Positions 38,426 to 48,962 are shown, numbered from the stretch's first letter. The stretch: 64,000 bases of DNA from an uncultured Algimonas sp. (GCA_937923575.1 CALDUL010000029.1:12995-76994); one strand, 5' to 3'. Numbers and translations: made by a program. Notes: generated from the letters alone by a model not told the origin.

Positions 38426-39011
38426 TGAAACCCCTATCCCAAACCCTACGGGTCATGCCCGCGGTCATGCCCCAGATATTGCGGTGCACGCCGTCCGGCC
38501 CGTCATAGGGCATGTACCAGACCGTGTGCGTTTCGCCGCCCCACTGCATCGGGCGCGGGTCGTGATTGCTCGGGTCCATCAGCCAGGACAGCGGAACCTC
38601 GAAGGCTTCGGCGACCTCATGCTCGTCGATGACGATTTCGGCGTTGGGATCGACAATGCCCGCGAAGGGCGTGACGCGGAACGTGCCGCTCGCGTCGAAG
38701 GACGGCAGCCGCCCAATCAGCTGCACCGCGCTGGGCGGAATGCCGACCTCTTCCTCGGTCTCGCGCAGGGCCGCCTCCGCCGCACTCTCATTCAGTTCGA
38801 CCTTGCCACCCGGAAAGGCGATCTGCCCAGCGTGGTTCGGCATGGTCTCCGGCCGCTGAGTGTAGAGCAGGTGCCAGCCCGCTTCCCTTTTGATGAAGGG
38901 CAGCAGCACGGCCGCGCGGCGTTGCGTATCGCGCGTGATCAGGTCCGCACCGTCGTCGATGCGCAGGGGCAGAAACGCGCCCATCAATCTGTCGAGAACA
39001 GGATCGCTCAC
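38406..39011 (-). CDS. CoA pyrophosphatase (Nudix)
   Basis: HAGQIAFPGG, ALRETEEEVG, IWGMTA. Confidence 0.92.
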   Translation of the reverse strand: MSDPVLDRLMGAFLPLRIDDGADLITRDTQRRAAVLLPFIKREAGWHLLYTQRPETMPNHAGQIAFPGGKVELNESAAEAALRETEEEVGIPPSAVQLIGRLPSFDASGTFRVTPFAGIVDPNAEIVIDEHEVAEAFEVPLSWLMDPSNHDPRPMQWGGETHTVWYMPYDGPDGVHRNIWGMTAGMTRRVWDRGFSDADAA

Positions 39012-39625
39012 GCGTCGTGCGCGCCTTCCGGTCCAAGTGCGAAGAATTCACCGCCCGCCCAGACGCCCAGGACGCCGTCGCGCTCCACGGCCAGATCGAC
39101 CAACTCGTAGAAGACCGAGCGCAGGATGGCGGCCTCCAGCCGACCGCGCACACGGATATAGGGGTCCGGCTCCATTGTCTCTGGGTCCGTTTCCACCCGA
39201 ATCGGATTGTCTGATCCAGCCTCGATCACCTCGTCCAGATTGGTGGTGAAGAACAGCCGTTGGGCCTCGCCCTCGCCCTTTGCATCGACTCGCGTGGCTA
39301 GAAAATGTGCGCGCTCGACCTGAATTGCGAGCTTCTCCACGGGCGTCACCAGATAGGTCACCCCGTCCGCATCCTTGCGCAACACGCTGGCAAACAAGTC
39401 TACCAGCCCCTTGCGCGTGATGCGCGATCCCTCGTGCCACCATGATCCGTCGGCCTTGATGACAATATCGATATCGCCGCAGAGATCGGGATTCCACCGC
39501 TCCACGGGACGTTGATCGGACGAGGTGTCCGCCAGCGCGTCCATCAGGTCCTGTAGACTAAAGCCCTCAGGGTCCGCGGAAACCGGGTGCGACTTACCGC
39601 CATTTAACTGGGTTTTAGAGCTCAT
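39008..39625 (-). CDS. DUF1285 family protein
   Basis: PVERWNP..CGDID..IKADGSWWHEG, YLVTPVEK; start uncertain. Confidence 0.87.
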   Translation of the reverse strand: MSSKTQLNGGKSHPVSADPEGFSLQDLMDALADTSSDQRPVERWNPDLCGDIDIVIKADGSWWHEGSRITRKGLVDLFASVLRKDADGVTYLVTPVEKLAIQVERAHFLATRVDAKGEGEAQRLFFTTNLDEVIEAGSDNPIRVETDPETMEPDPYIRVRGRLEAAILRSVFYELVDLAVERDGVLGVWAGGEFFALGPEGAHDA

Positions 39626-39680
39626 AGGTCTTCCCGTCGCGACTGCGCGTGCTACGCCGTGTTAAACGCTATACGTAGCA

Positions 39681-40706
39681 ATGCCAGTGAAGGTCATGCG
39701 AATGGGTCTATTAGATAGCCAGTCGGTCGATGCCGCAACCGAAGCGCAAGCGGCCGCCGCCGTCGAGACATTGCAGGCGGCACGCGGTCATATTGGCGCT
39801 GTCGTCTACGGTCAGGAGCGCGTGGTCGAGCTCGCCATGGCCGCGATCCTGTCAGGTGGTCACGCTCTGCTGGTCGGCGTTCCGGGCCTCGCCAAGACGC
39901 TGCTGGTCGAAACGCTCGGCACCGTACTTGGCATGAACGATTCGCGCATCCAGTTCACGCCGGACCTTATGCCGGCCGACATCCTCGGCTCCGAGGTGCT
40001 TGAGCAGGACGAGAGCGGCAAGCGGGCCTTTCGTTTCATCAAGGGCCCGATTTTTACGCAGCTGCTGATGGCGGACGAGATCAACCGAGCCAGCCCGCGC
40101 ACGCAGTCTGCGCTACTGCAAGCCATGCAGGAGAAGGCCGTCACAATCGCGGGCAAGGCGCACAAACTGCCGAAGCCGTTCCACGTGCTCGCCACGCAGA
40201 ACCCGATCGAGCAGGAAGGCACCTACCCGCTGCCCGAAGCGCAGCTGGATCGCTTCCTGTTTCAAATCGACGTGCGCTTTCCAGAGCTGGCGACAGAGCG
40301 CGAGATTCTGCTCGCAACGACAGGCGCCACGCTGCCCTCGCCGAAAAAGGCGATGACGTCGAAGCAGCTGGTGGAGATGCAGCAGCTCGTCCGTCGTTTG
40401 CCCGTGGGCGAAAGCGTGCTCGACGCGATTCTGACGCTTGTGCGCAATGCCCGCCCAGACCAGTCGGATGACGAGCAAATCCGCAAGACTGTTGCTTGGG
40501 GTCCCGGTCCGCGCGCAGGTCAGGCGCTGATGCTGACCTGCCGCGCCAAGGCGCTGATCGATGGCCGCGTTGCGCCATCCGTGGACGATGTCATCGACCT
40601 CGCAGAGCCGGTTCTGAAGCACCGCATGGCGCTGTCCTTCGCCGCCCGCGCGGAAGGTCAGACCGTCGAGAAAACGATTGCCCGATTGAAAGACCGCATC
40701 CGCTAG
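39681..40706 (+). CDS. MoxR family AAA+ ATPase
   Basis: GVPGLAKT, RIQFTPDLMP, ADEINRA, ATQNPIEQEGTYPLPEAQLDRF; start may lie a few codons downstream. Confidence 0.95.
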   Translation: MPVKVMRMGLLDSQSVDAATEAQAAAAVETLQAARGHIGAVVYGQERVVELAMAAILSGGHALLVGVPGLAKTLLVETLGTVLGMNDSRIQFTPDLMPADILGSEVLEQDESGKRAFRFIKGPIFTQLLMADEINRASPRTQSALLQAMQEKAVTIAGKAHKLPKPFHVLATQNPIEQEGTYPLPEAQLDRFLFQIDVRFPELATEREILLATTGATLPSPKKAMTSKQLVEMQQLVRRLPVGESVLDAILTLVRNARPDQSDDEQIRKTVAWGPGPRAGQALMLTCRAKALIDGRVAPSVDDVIDLAEPVLKHRMALSFAARAEGQTVEKTIARLKDRIR

Positions 40707-41585
40707 ATGCCCGTCGCCACCGACGCTCATCACCTGCGTTCGGACGCTGACCGGCTAGCATCGGGCTACCCTGCCCTGCTGGCCGAGGCCGAACGCGTAG
40801 CCGCCATGGTGGCCGCAGGCGTTCACGGTCGCCGTCGTCCGGGACAGGGCGAGACCTTCTGGCAATACCGACCCTATGACGTGTCCGATCCTGCCAATCG
40901 CATCGACTGGCGGCGCAGCGCGCGCGGAGACAGTGTTTTTGTGCGCGATACCGAATGGGAAGCGGCCAATAGCGTCTATATCTGGCGCGACGGCAGCGCG
41001 GGCATGGACTGGCGCTCCTCCCCCAAACTCCCGACCAAGCGCGACCGGGCGAGCGTGCTGACGCTGGCCGTGGCGTCGCTGCTGATGCGCGGCGGTGAGC
41101 GCTGTGCCTTGCTGGGCGAGAGCGAACGCCCGCGTGCGGGCCGTGTCGGCTATGAACGCCTGGCCATGCGCATGGCGAGCTCGGACGGCGCATTGCAGAG
41201 CCTCTCCGGCAAGCTCCCTGCTCACGCCAAGCTGCTCATCGCCAGCGACTTCCTGACCGATGCCGAGCATTGGCAGGCGCGCCTCGCCGCGCTGGCTGCG
41301 CGCCCGAGCACGGGCGTGTTGCTGCATATTATAGACCCGGCCGAAGAGAGCTTCCCATATAAGGGCCGCGTCGAAATCCGCTCTCCGGTCGGCAAGGTGC
41401 TACCTTATCTCCTTGGGCGCGCCGAACGCGCGCAGGAGGAATACCGCGCACGTTTTGCAGCCCATTGCGAGCGCATCGACGAGACCGCGCGCCACATCGG
41501 CTATACTGTCGTGCGCCACCGCACTGACCAGCCCGCCGGACCGGCATTGACCGCGCTCTATCAGGCGTTTGAGGGCTCCGCATAA
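40707..41585 (+). CDS. DUF58 (VWA-like) protein
   Basis: GVHGRRRPGQGETFWQYRPY, IDWRRSAR, SDF. Confidence 0.9.
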   Translation: MPVATDAHHLRSDADRLASGYPALLAEAERVAAMVAAGVHGRRRPGQGETFWQYRPYDVSDPANRIDWRRSARGDSVFVRDTEWEAANSVYIWRDGSAGMDWRSSPKLPTKRDRASVLTLAVASLLMRGGERCALLGESERPRAGRVGYERLAMRMASSDGALQSLSGKLPAHAKLLIASDFLTDAEHWQARLAALAARPSTGVLLHIIDPAEESFPYKGRVEIRSPVGKVLPYLLGRAERAQEEYRARFAAHCERIDETARHIGYTVVRHRTDQPAGPALTALYQAFEGSA

Positions 41586-44227
41586 TGGGCGGCCTCACCC
41601 TCCTCGCGCCGCTCACTCTGCTCGGATTGCTGGCCCTGCCGCTCATCTGGTGGATCCTGCGCATCAGCCCGCCCAAGCCGAAGCAGCAGATTTTCCCGCC
41701 GCTGCCGATCCTGCGCGGGGTGGAGACGGATGAGGAAACGCCCAACGCCACACCATGGTGGTTGCTCATATTCCGCATTCTGATGGTCGCGCTGGCAGTC
41801 TTCGCGCTCAGCCTGCCGCTGATCGTCAAGGATAATGACGACGCGAGCACGCCCCTCACCTTGGTCATCGACGATAGCGCCCTGTCCGCGCCTGTCTGGG
41901 ACGATTTGCTCGACGAAGCGCGGCGGCAAGTCCGCGCTGCACGGCGGGCCAATCAGGATGTGGTGCTGGTAATCGGCGATGACACGGCTGAGGCTGTCCC
42001 GGCGTCCGAAGCGCTCAACCGTTTGCGCTCTGCCCAACCGCGCGCCGTGACGTCGCCTGCCACGGTCCCCGATCTGCCGGGCGGTCGCAGGACGATATAT
42101 CTGTCATCGGGCGCAACGCTCGGCGATGCGGACCTGCCCGATGCGCTGCGAGACGCGGACGCAACGCTGGTTCTGCCCGATAGCGCGACTGACGTCATCG
42201 TGCCCGGCGACGTGCGTGAGACCGCCGACGGCTTTGAGGCCGACTGGCACGCGGTCTCCGGCGGACGCGGCGCGACGATCCAGGCATTGAACGGCCGCGG
42301 TGAGGTGCTTGCCGCCCACGAGATAGTTTTCGCGCCGGGACAGACACTGGCCACGGCGTCGATCTCCCTGCCCCCGCAGCTGCGCTCCCGCGTGGCTCGG
42401 CTCAAGGTTGCCGGATCGCGCGCGAGCGTCTCGACCCTTTTGCTGGATGACAGCTTCGGTCGCCCGCTCGTCGGCGTGCTGGCTCCCGCGTCAGGCACGT
42501 CGAGCCCGCTGCTGTCCGAGGATTTCTACGCCGAACAGGCCCTCGCGCCGAACGCCGACCTTTTTATCGGCGATGCCGAAGACGTGCTGTCGCTGAACCC
42601 GTCAGTCCTCGTCATGCCGGATATCATGAGCAGCGATGCGCCGGAGATCGTTGACTATATCGAAAGCGGCGGCGTGCTGGTCCGCTTCGCAGGACCGCAG
42701 CTGGCCAAAGCACCAGATGAGCTCGTGCCGGTGGAACTCCGCACAGGTGGACGCTCGATCGGCGGAGCTCTGGCGTGGGAAACGCCGCAACGCCTCGCGC
42801 CCTTCCCCGCCGAATCGCCCTTCGCCGGTCTGGAGACTCCAGCCGATATCACCGTGTCCAAGCAGGTCATGGCCCGCCCCGGCGCGGAAACCGACGCGCG
42901 CACTTGGGCGCGGCTGGAAGACGGCTCGCCCGTTGTCACAGCCTCTGTCAGGGGTGACGGACGGATCGTTCTCTTCCATGTGACCGCAGGACCAGAGTGG
43001 TCGAACATCGCGATTTCAGGACTCTACGTCGAGATGCTCAAGCGTATTCTTCCACTCGCCAAGTCTCGGCCGACAGTCACCAGCGCGTCGTCTGGCGAAT
43101 GGGTGCTCGACCGCCAGCTCGGCCCGTTCGGACAACTCCGCGCCCCGCCGCCTCAGGTTATTTCCATCGACGATGCGGAGCTCGCTAGCCCACCCGCCGA
43201 TCAATTTCCCGGCCTCTACCGCCAGGGCACGCGCACCGTCGCTCTCAACGCGGTCCGCGCGCCAGAGACCCTGCGTGCGATCGATGCGCGCGGTCTGGAC
43301 ACGATCCAGATGTCAGGGCGTGACCCGCGCTCCCTGGCCGGCACTCTTCTCGGCCTTGCCCTTGCCCTGCTGGCGCTGGATATGGTGTTGTCCGCGCTTC
43401 TCAGCGGAAAGCTCAGCCGCCTTCGCCCGTCGCGGGCGCTGTCCACCGCCGCCGTGCTCTTCATAGCATTTACCGCCGTCCCGTCCGCAGAGGCGCAAGA
43501 CACGCGCGTCCAGGACGCGGCTCTCGGACTGCATCTGGCCTATATCGAAACGGGCGACGCGCGAACGGACGGTCTGTCCGATACGGCGCTGATCAGCCTA
43601 GCCGATCAGCTGACCCGACGCACGACGATCGAACCGGTCGGCGTTCACGGCGTATCGCCGGACGATGCGGGGCTGGAGCTTTATCCCTTTTTGTACTGGC
43701 CCATCCGCACCGATACGCCTGCCCTTACGGAGGCGGAGCGCACGAGCATCAACCGCTATATAGCAGCCGGCGGGACGCTGGTGTTGGATACGGCGGACGA
43801 GGAAGAGCGGGCTCTGCGCGGCGGTGCACCGCATCCGGGACTGGCGCGCGTGACAGATGGGCTGAATATTGGGCGTCTGGCGAAAATCCACGAAGATCAC
43901 GTGATGACCAAGTCCTTCTACCTGATGCAGGTCTTCCCCGGTCGCTGGGCCAATGGTCCGGTCTTTGTTGAGACGACGGGCGCAACGAGCGGCGGACGGG
44001 ACGGCGTCTCAGCCGCCATCATCGGATCGAATGGATGGGCCGCCGCCTGGGCACGGGACGAAACGGTCGGCACGCTGGTCGAGCTGTCCAATGACATTCC
44101 GCGCCAACGCGAAATGGCGTCACGTTTCGGCGTAAACCTCGCCATGTATACGCTGTCTGGTAACTACAAAGCGGATCAGGTCCACGCGGCCGAACTGGTC
44201 GAACGGCTCGGGCGGCAGGTGCCCTGA
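41585..44227 (+). CDS. BatA N-terminal double-TM + DUF4159 protein
   Basis: LLALPLIWWILR..PP, TPWWLLIFR, C-terminal YPFLYWP..RFGVNLAMY.LSGNYKADQVH. Confidence 0.85.
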   Translation: MGGLTLLAPLTLLGLLALPLIWWILRISPPKPKQQIFPPLPILRGVETDEETPNATPWWLLIFRILMVALAVFALSLPLIVKDNDDASTPLTLVIDDSALSAPVWDDLLDEARRQVRAARRANQDVVLVIGDDTAEAVPASEALNRLRSAQPRAVTSPATVPDLPGGRRTIYLSSGATLGDADLPDALRDADATLVLPDSATDVIVPGDVRETADGFEADWHAVSGGRGATIQALNGRGEVLAAHEIVFAPGQTLATASISLPPQLRSRVARLKVAGSRASVSTLLLDDSFGRPLVGVLAPASGTSSPLLSEDFYAEQALAPNADLFIGDAEDVLSLNPSVLVMPDIMSSDAPEIVDYIESGGVLVRFAGPQLAKAPDELVPVELRTGGRSIGGALAWETPQRLAPFPAESPFAGLETPADITVSKQVMARPGAETDARTWARLEDGSPVVTASVRGDGRIVLFHVTAGPEWSNIAISGLYVEMLKRILPLAKSRPTVTSASSGEWVLDRQLGPFGQLRAPPPQVISIDDAELASPPADQFPGLYRQGTRTVALNAVRAPETLRAIDARGLDTIQMSGRDPRSLAGTLLGLALALLALDMVLSALLSGKLSRLRPSRALSTAAVLFIAFTAVPSAEAQDTRVQDAALGLHLAYIETGDARTDGLSDTALISLADQLTRRTTIEPVGVHGVSPDDAGLELYPFLYWPIRTDTPALTEAERTSINRYIAAGGTLVLDTADEEERALRGGAPHPGLARVTDGLNIGRLAKIHEDHVMTKSFYLMQVFPGRWANGPVFVETTGATSGGRDGVSAAIIGSNGWAAAWARDETVGTLVELSNDIPRQREMASRFGVNLAMYTLSGNYKADQVHAAELVERLGRQVP

Positions 44228-46317
44228 TGGAATGGCTGTCTCGCATCGCTTTTGACCCGCTGCTGCCGTGGCCCTTGGTGGGGACGCTTGTGGGCATTGC
44301 CGTGATGGCCGCAATCCTCGCAGCCGTGATGCGCCTGCGTTCCGGCCTGCAGCGGGCGCTTGCGGCACTGGCGCTCGGTCTCGCGCTATCCGGCCCACAG
44401 CTTGTCAGCGAGGACCGCAAGGCGCTCCCCGACACGGCTGTCATCCTGGTCGACCAGTCGGAGTCCATGCAGCTCGGAGAGCGCGCGCGCCTCGCCCAAT
44501 CGGCTGAAGTGGCGCTACGCGATGCGATTGCGGCAGAGCGCCCAACCGACATCGTTACCGTTGCCATTCCACCGGACGCCGACGGCACGAAACTCGCGGC
44601 GGCGCTGACCGATGCTCTCTCCACGATTCCCAGCGGACGGCTCGCCGGAGTCGTCGCGCTGACGGACGGTCGCGCCCATGATATTTCGGATGCGACGGCC
44701 AATCTCCTGCCGGACGGCGTTCCCTTCCACGCCTTGATCGTTGGCGATGCGGACGCGCGCGACCGCCGCATTTCCGCTGTTACCGCACCGAAGTTCGGCG
44801 TCGTCGGCGAGAGCGCGGATTTCGAGCTTCGCGTGGATGACCCCGGCTTCGAAGGCGAACGCGCATCAATCGAGGTCAAGCTGAATGGCGAGGTTCAGGC
44901 GCGCTTCCCGATCACCATCGGTACGCCGCTCACCATACCTCTGGAGATCGAACGTCGCGGGCGGAACACGGTAGAGATGGTCGTCGCGCCCGCAGACGGC
45001 GGAGAGCTGACGCTTAACAACAACCTCTTCATTGCGGAGATTAGCGGCATTCGCGACCGCATGCGTGTCTTGCTGATCACGGGCGAACCACACAATGGCG
45101 GGCGCAGCTGGCGTAACCTGCTGAAGTCCGATCCAGCCATCGATCTGGTGCAGTTCACTATCTTGACCCAGCCGCGCGTAAAGAACCCGCGGGCGTCCGA
45201 AAGCGAGCTGTCGTTGATCCAGTTTCCCGTGCGCCGCCTGTTTGAGGAAAGCTTGCAGGACTTCGACCTCGTCATCTTCGATCAATACCGCCGCCGTCTG
45301 CAGCGTGGAGGCCGCCGGGGTCCGCGCCCGACCATTCCGCCGCAATATTTCTCCAACATGGCGCGCTATGTCGAGGACGGCGGCGCGTTGCTGCTCGCGA
45401 CCGGGCCTGCCTTTGCCTCTGAACAGAGCCTGTTTCAGACGCCACTCGTGAGCGTACTGCCAACACGCCCGACCGGTGTGTCAGAAACCGAGGCCTTCCG
45501 CGCCGAGCTGAACGACAAGGGCCGTCTGCACCCGATCACGCGCAGTTTTGCGGGTCGCTCGGATCAGGACTGGGGTCCGTGGTACCGCGCGGTGGAGAAC
45601 GACCCGCTGTCCGGCAATGTTCTGATGGAGGGTCCGGACGGCACGCCGCTGTTCATCATCGACCGCGTCGGGGATGGCCGCGTGGCCATGCTGATGAGCG
45701 ACCAGGCCTGGCTCTGGGCCAAGGGTCACGAGGGCGGCGGTCCGTACCGCGAGATGTTCCGGCGCACCGCGCACTGGCTGCTGGGCGAACCGGATCTCGA
45801 TGCCGAAGTACTGACCGCGCGATCCGAAAACGGACAGCTGTTCGTCGAGCGTCGGACGCTGGGCGGAGTGCCGTCGGAGGTCGAGGTCATCGCGCCGAAC
45901 GGGACACGTGTGACAGCGCGCATGAGCAAGATCGACGACGGCTATTTTACGGCGACGCTGCCGCTCGATGGTCTTGGCGCCTATCGTCTTCGTCACGGCG
46001 ACATCACGACCGTGGCCGCCGTCGGGACGCTAAACCCTATCGAATATGCGGAGCTTCTTCCCACGACCGAGGTTCTCGCTCCACTGGCCGAGACGACGGG
46101 CGGGTCGGTCCGAAGCCTTGGAACCGATCTGGACAATCTGCCACAGCTCCGCTCTGTCCGTTCCGGGGCGCGCACCGGGCGCGACTGGATCGGTCTGGTC
46201 GACAATCAGGCCTACACGGTGACGCGGTCGAATAGGCGTCCGATCGCACCGCCACTGCTATTTTTCATGGCCTTCTTTGCGGCACTGGGGTGGGGCTGGT
46301 TGCGAGAGGGGCGTTAA
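44227..46317 (+). CDS. Membrane protein with VWA-like and class I glutamine amidotransferase-like domains
   Basis: DQSES and TDG MIDAS-like residues, GEPH..WRNLLKSDP, WLWAKG; last gene of the MoxR operon. Confidence 0.78.
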   Translation: MEWLSRIAFDPLLPWPLVGTLVGIAVMAAILAAVMRLRSGLQRALAALALGLALSGPQLVSEDRKALPDTAVILVDQSESMQLGERARLAQSAEVALRDAIAAERPTDIVTVAIPPDADGTKLAAALTDALSTIPSGRLAGVVALTDGRAHDISDATANLLPDGVPFHALIVGDADARDRRISAVTAPKFGVVGESADFELRVDDPGFEGERASIEVKLNGEVQARFPITIGTPLTIPLEIERRGRNTVEMVVAPADGGELTLNNNLFIAEISGIRDRMRVLLITGEPHNGGRSWRNLLKSDPAIDLVQFTILTQPRVKNPRASESELSLIQFPVRRLFEESLQDFDLVIFDQYRRRLQRGGRRGPRPTIPPQYFSNMARYVEDGGALLLATGPAFASEQSLFQTPLVSVLPTRPTGVSETEAFRAELNDKGRLHPITRSFAGRSDQDWGPWYRAVENDPLSGNVLMEGPDGTPLFIIDRVGDGRVAMLMSDQAWLWAKGHEGGGPYREMFRRTAHWLLGEPDLDAEVLTARSENGQLFVERRTLGGVPSEVEVIAPNGTRVTARMSKIDDGYFTATLPLDGLGAYRLRHGDITTVAAVGTLNPIEYAELLPTTEVLAPLAETTGGSVRSLGTDLDNLPQLRSVRSGARTGRDWIGLVDNQAYTVTRSNRRPIAPPLLFFMAFFAALGWGWLREGR

Positions 46318-46379
46318 GCGATCGTTCAGCGTAACGCGGTATACCGACGCGCTACACAGGGGACATCCAGGGGACTTCG

Positions 46380-46829
46380 ATGACCAAGATTCGTACACTG
46401 ATCTGCGCTGCCGTAGTTGCAGCTGCTGTGCCGCTGGCAGGCTGTTCGACGGTGGCCAAGACCACCGGCAAAGCTGTCGCCCTGCCTTTCAAAGGCGCCT
46501 ATCACGGCACGAAAGCCGTCGGCAAAGGTGCCTATTACGGTACGAAGGCGGTCGGCAAAGGCGTCTACGGCACGACGAAATTCGTTGGCAAGTCGGTCAT
46601 CGCAACCGGCAAGGGCGTCTATTACGTCGGCATGGTGCCCGTGAAGATCACGGACAAGGCTCTCGATACGACGGCCAAGGTGCTCTCGGTTACGACACAA
46701 GCCGTGGACCTCACAGGCAAAGTCGTCGTGACCACACGCCACATTCAAGCCGCGCGTCTCGACGCGGAGCTCGCCGGTCTGCGCTCGGCCAAGAACGTGA
46801 TGGGCGTTATCGTCGACGTGGTGTCCTAG
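46380..46829 (+). CDS. Lipoprotein with 11-residue repeats
   Basis: LAGC lipobox; KGAYHGTKAVG / KGAYYGTKAVG / KGVYGTTKFVG. Confidence 0.75.
   Translation: MTKIRTLICAAVVAAAVPLAGCSTVAKTTGKAVALPFKGAYHGTKAVGKGAYYGTKAVGKGVYGTTKFVGKSVIATGKGVYYVGMVPVKITDKALDTTAKVLSVTTQAVDLTGKVVVTTRHIQAARLDAELAGLRSAKNVMGVIVDVVS
46491..46589 (+). repeat. 3 x 33-bp degenerate coding tandem repeat
   Basis: Units start AAAGG at 46491, 46524 and 46557 and end in GGC. Confidence 0.75.
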
Positions 46830-46904
46830 GTCGCACTGACCTTACCGTCTTGTGATTTGGAGATAATCGGCCCCATCCCTATCTAGGAGATCAAGGAGCC
46901 GATC

Positions 46905-47510
46905 ATGATCAGACCTCTACTCACCGCCGCAGCCCTCACCGCCCTCGCGAGCGCACCTGCTCACGCGGGGACGCGCGGCTTTTCCAGCGACATCGACGTG
47001 CGCGTCACCACGCCGGTGAAAATCGACGTCCAGCTGTCCGAGAGCCTCGCTCACCGTGCGGAGAACCTCCCCCGGGACATTAGCAAGCGTAGCGGCTCAC
47101 GCGGGCTGCGCGCTGGCTTTTCTGCCAATGGCTTTTACGGCGAGGACGAGCTCGCCGAATTGCTCGAAGACATTCGCGAGGAATTGAGTGACGATTTCGC
47201 CAAGCGCGGTGTCGCGGTTTCCGATACGGCACCGATTACGCTCCGCGTGACCCTCGAAGATGTCCGCAATAATCGCCCGACAATTCGGCAACTCTCCGCT
47301 CAGCCATCGCTGTCATTGCAGAGCTTTGGCACGGGCGGCGCGGAGATAACAGGCCAGCTCGTGGGCGCGGCGGGCGAAACGCTCGGCACGATGCGCTATC
47401 AGTGGTTTGACACCGGATTGGATCAGTTCGACACGGCAAGTGGCGTTTGGACTGACGCCAACCGCGCGATTCGCCGTTTCTCCAAGAAAGCCAGCAAGGC
47501 CATCAGCTAG
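46905..47510 (+). CDS. Hypothetical secreted protein
   Basis: AAGGAG RBS; signal peptide (PAHA); NNRPT..SFGTGGA motif. Confidence 0.7.
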   Translation: MIRPLLTAAALTALASAPAHAGTRGFSSDIDVRVTTPVKIDVQLSESLAHRAENLPRDISKRSGSRGLRAGFSANGFYGEDELAELLEDIREELSDDFAKRGVAVSDTAPITLRVTLEDVRNNRPTIRQLSAQPSLSLQSFGTGGAEITGQLVGAAGETLGTMRYQWFDTGLDQFDTASGVWTDANRAIRRFSKKASKAIS

Positions 47511-47520
47511 TCAGCTGTCC

Positions 47521-48171
47521 CTAGGGGACACCGATATATTTGTGCGACTGAACGCTGAGCCGCCATTTCGGGTTGGCAAGGCAGTAGGCGAATGCGGCGT
47601 CCGTATTGGCCGCCTGCTCCCGCCCATCGCGGTCGGGCGCGTAATCGTCACGCGGCTGCAGGAAAAAGTGCTCAAAATCTAATTCCGCGAATTCCGCGGG
47701 GTCGTTCTCCGCCTGCGGGTAAACCAATTTCAGCTCGTGCCCGGAACGCTGGACGAGCGGTTCCGCGCCCTTGGGACTGACGCAGATCCAATCGATGCCG
47801 TCCGGGGCGGCAATGGTGCCGTTGGTTTCCACCGCAATGTTGAACCCGCGCGCTTTAACAGCGGCGATCAGCGGCGCGTCGAGTTGCAGCAGTGGCTCTC
47901 CGCCGGTGCAGACCACCCAGCGGTCCTCCTTCCCCTGCGGCCATGCCGCGAGAACGGCATCCGCGAGTGCGTCAGCGTCGAACCGCCCGCCACCAGGTCC
48001 GTCCAGGCCGACGAAATCCGTATCGCAAAAGCGGCAGACCGCAGCTGCGCGGTCTTCCTCGCGCCCGCTCCAGAGATTGCAGCCGGCAAAGCGCAGAAAA
48101 ACCGCCACCCGGCCCATCTGCGCGCCCTCGCCCTGTACGGTCAGATAGAGCTCTTTGACGGCGTAGCTCAC
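47521..48171 (-). CDS. queE: 7-carboxy-7-deazaguanine synthase (radical SAM, CX14CX2C type)
   Basis: [43 protein letters not shown]; GTG start overlaps the queC stop. Confidence 0.95.
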   Translation of the reverse strand: MSYAVKELYLTVQGEGAQMGRVAVFLRFAGCNLWSGREEDRAAAVCRFCDTDFVGLDGPGGGRFDADALADAVLAAWPQGKEDRWVVCTGGEPLLQLDAPLIAAVKARGFNIAVETNGTIAAPDGIDWICVSPKGAEPLVQRSGHELKLVYPQAENDPAEFAELDFEHFFLQPRDDYAPDRDGREQAANTDAAFAYCLANPKWRLSVQSHKYIGVP

Positions 48172-48854
48172 GCCGCGAACTCCGCCCAACCGCGCACGCG
48201 TAACTCACAGGCTGGACATGTGCCGCAGCCATAGCCCCAATCGTGCAGATCGCCCCGCTCGCCGAGATAGCAGGTATGGCTGTCGGTCCGGATCAGCTCG
48301 ACCAATGCGTCCCCGCCCAGCTCATCTGCCAAGTTCCAGGCGCCCGCTTTGGACAGCTGCATCAGCGGGGTGTGGAGAGTGAAGTCCCGGTCCATGCCCA
48401 GCGATATCGCGCGCATCTGCGCCCCCAGCGTATCCGCTCGGCAGTCGGGATAGCCGGAGAAGTCGGCCTCGCACATACCCGCGACGAGCGTCGAGAAGCC
48501 GCGTCGCCAACCCAGCGCGGCGGCGTAGTTCAGAAAAATCAGGTTTCGCCCCGGCACGAAAGTGTTCGGTAGACCGCTTTCACCAACCGCAATGGATTCG
48601 TCCCGCGTCAGAGCCGTCTCGGATATTGCGCCGAGCCCGGCCAGCTCGACCACATGGTCTTCGCCCAGCTTTGCGCTCCAGTCCAAACGGATGGCCCGCA
48701 GCTTGGCGAGGAAGGCGGCGCGCACTTCCATTTCGACGGCATGCCGCTGACCGTAGTGGAAACCGATGGTCTCGACATGATCGAACCGATCCAGCGCCCA
48801 GGCCAGACATGTCGTGGAATCCTGCCCACCGGAAAATAGAACGCCTGCCCGCAT
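48168..48854 (-). CDS. queC: 7-cyano-7-deazaguanine synthase
   Basis: [28 protein letters not shown]. Confidence 0.96.
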   Translation of the reverse strand: MRAGVLFSGGQDSTTCLAWALDRFDHVETIGFHYGQRHAVEMEVRAAFLAKLRAIRLDWSAKLGEDHVVELAGLGAISETALTRDESIAVGESGLPNTFVPGRNLIFLNYAAALGWRRGFSTLVAGMCEADFSGYPDCRADTLGAQMRAISLGMDRDFTLHTPLMQLSKAGAWNLADELGGDALVELIRTDSHTCYLGERGDLHDWGYGCGTCPACELRVRGWAEFAA

Positions 48855-48962
48855 GCGCGCCCCTTAGTCGCCGCTGGCAAAGCGCTCAAGCCGTGTGGGC
48901 AGGCGGGCGCATGATCGGGAGGGGGAAAACGCAACTGGCCCGCAACCTGCAAGGGAACGGCC

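Noticed and set aside
46491-46589. CRISPR-like array
   Set aside because: Contiguous in-frame 33-bp coding repeats with synonymous variation, no spacers and no cas operon.
47521-48854. 7-deazaguanine DNA-modification (dpd) defence island
   Set aside because: No dpdA/tgt paralog or dpd genes; queF is present and the context is housekeeping, consistent with tRNA queuosine synthesis.
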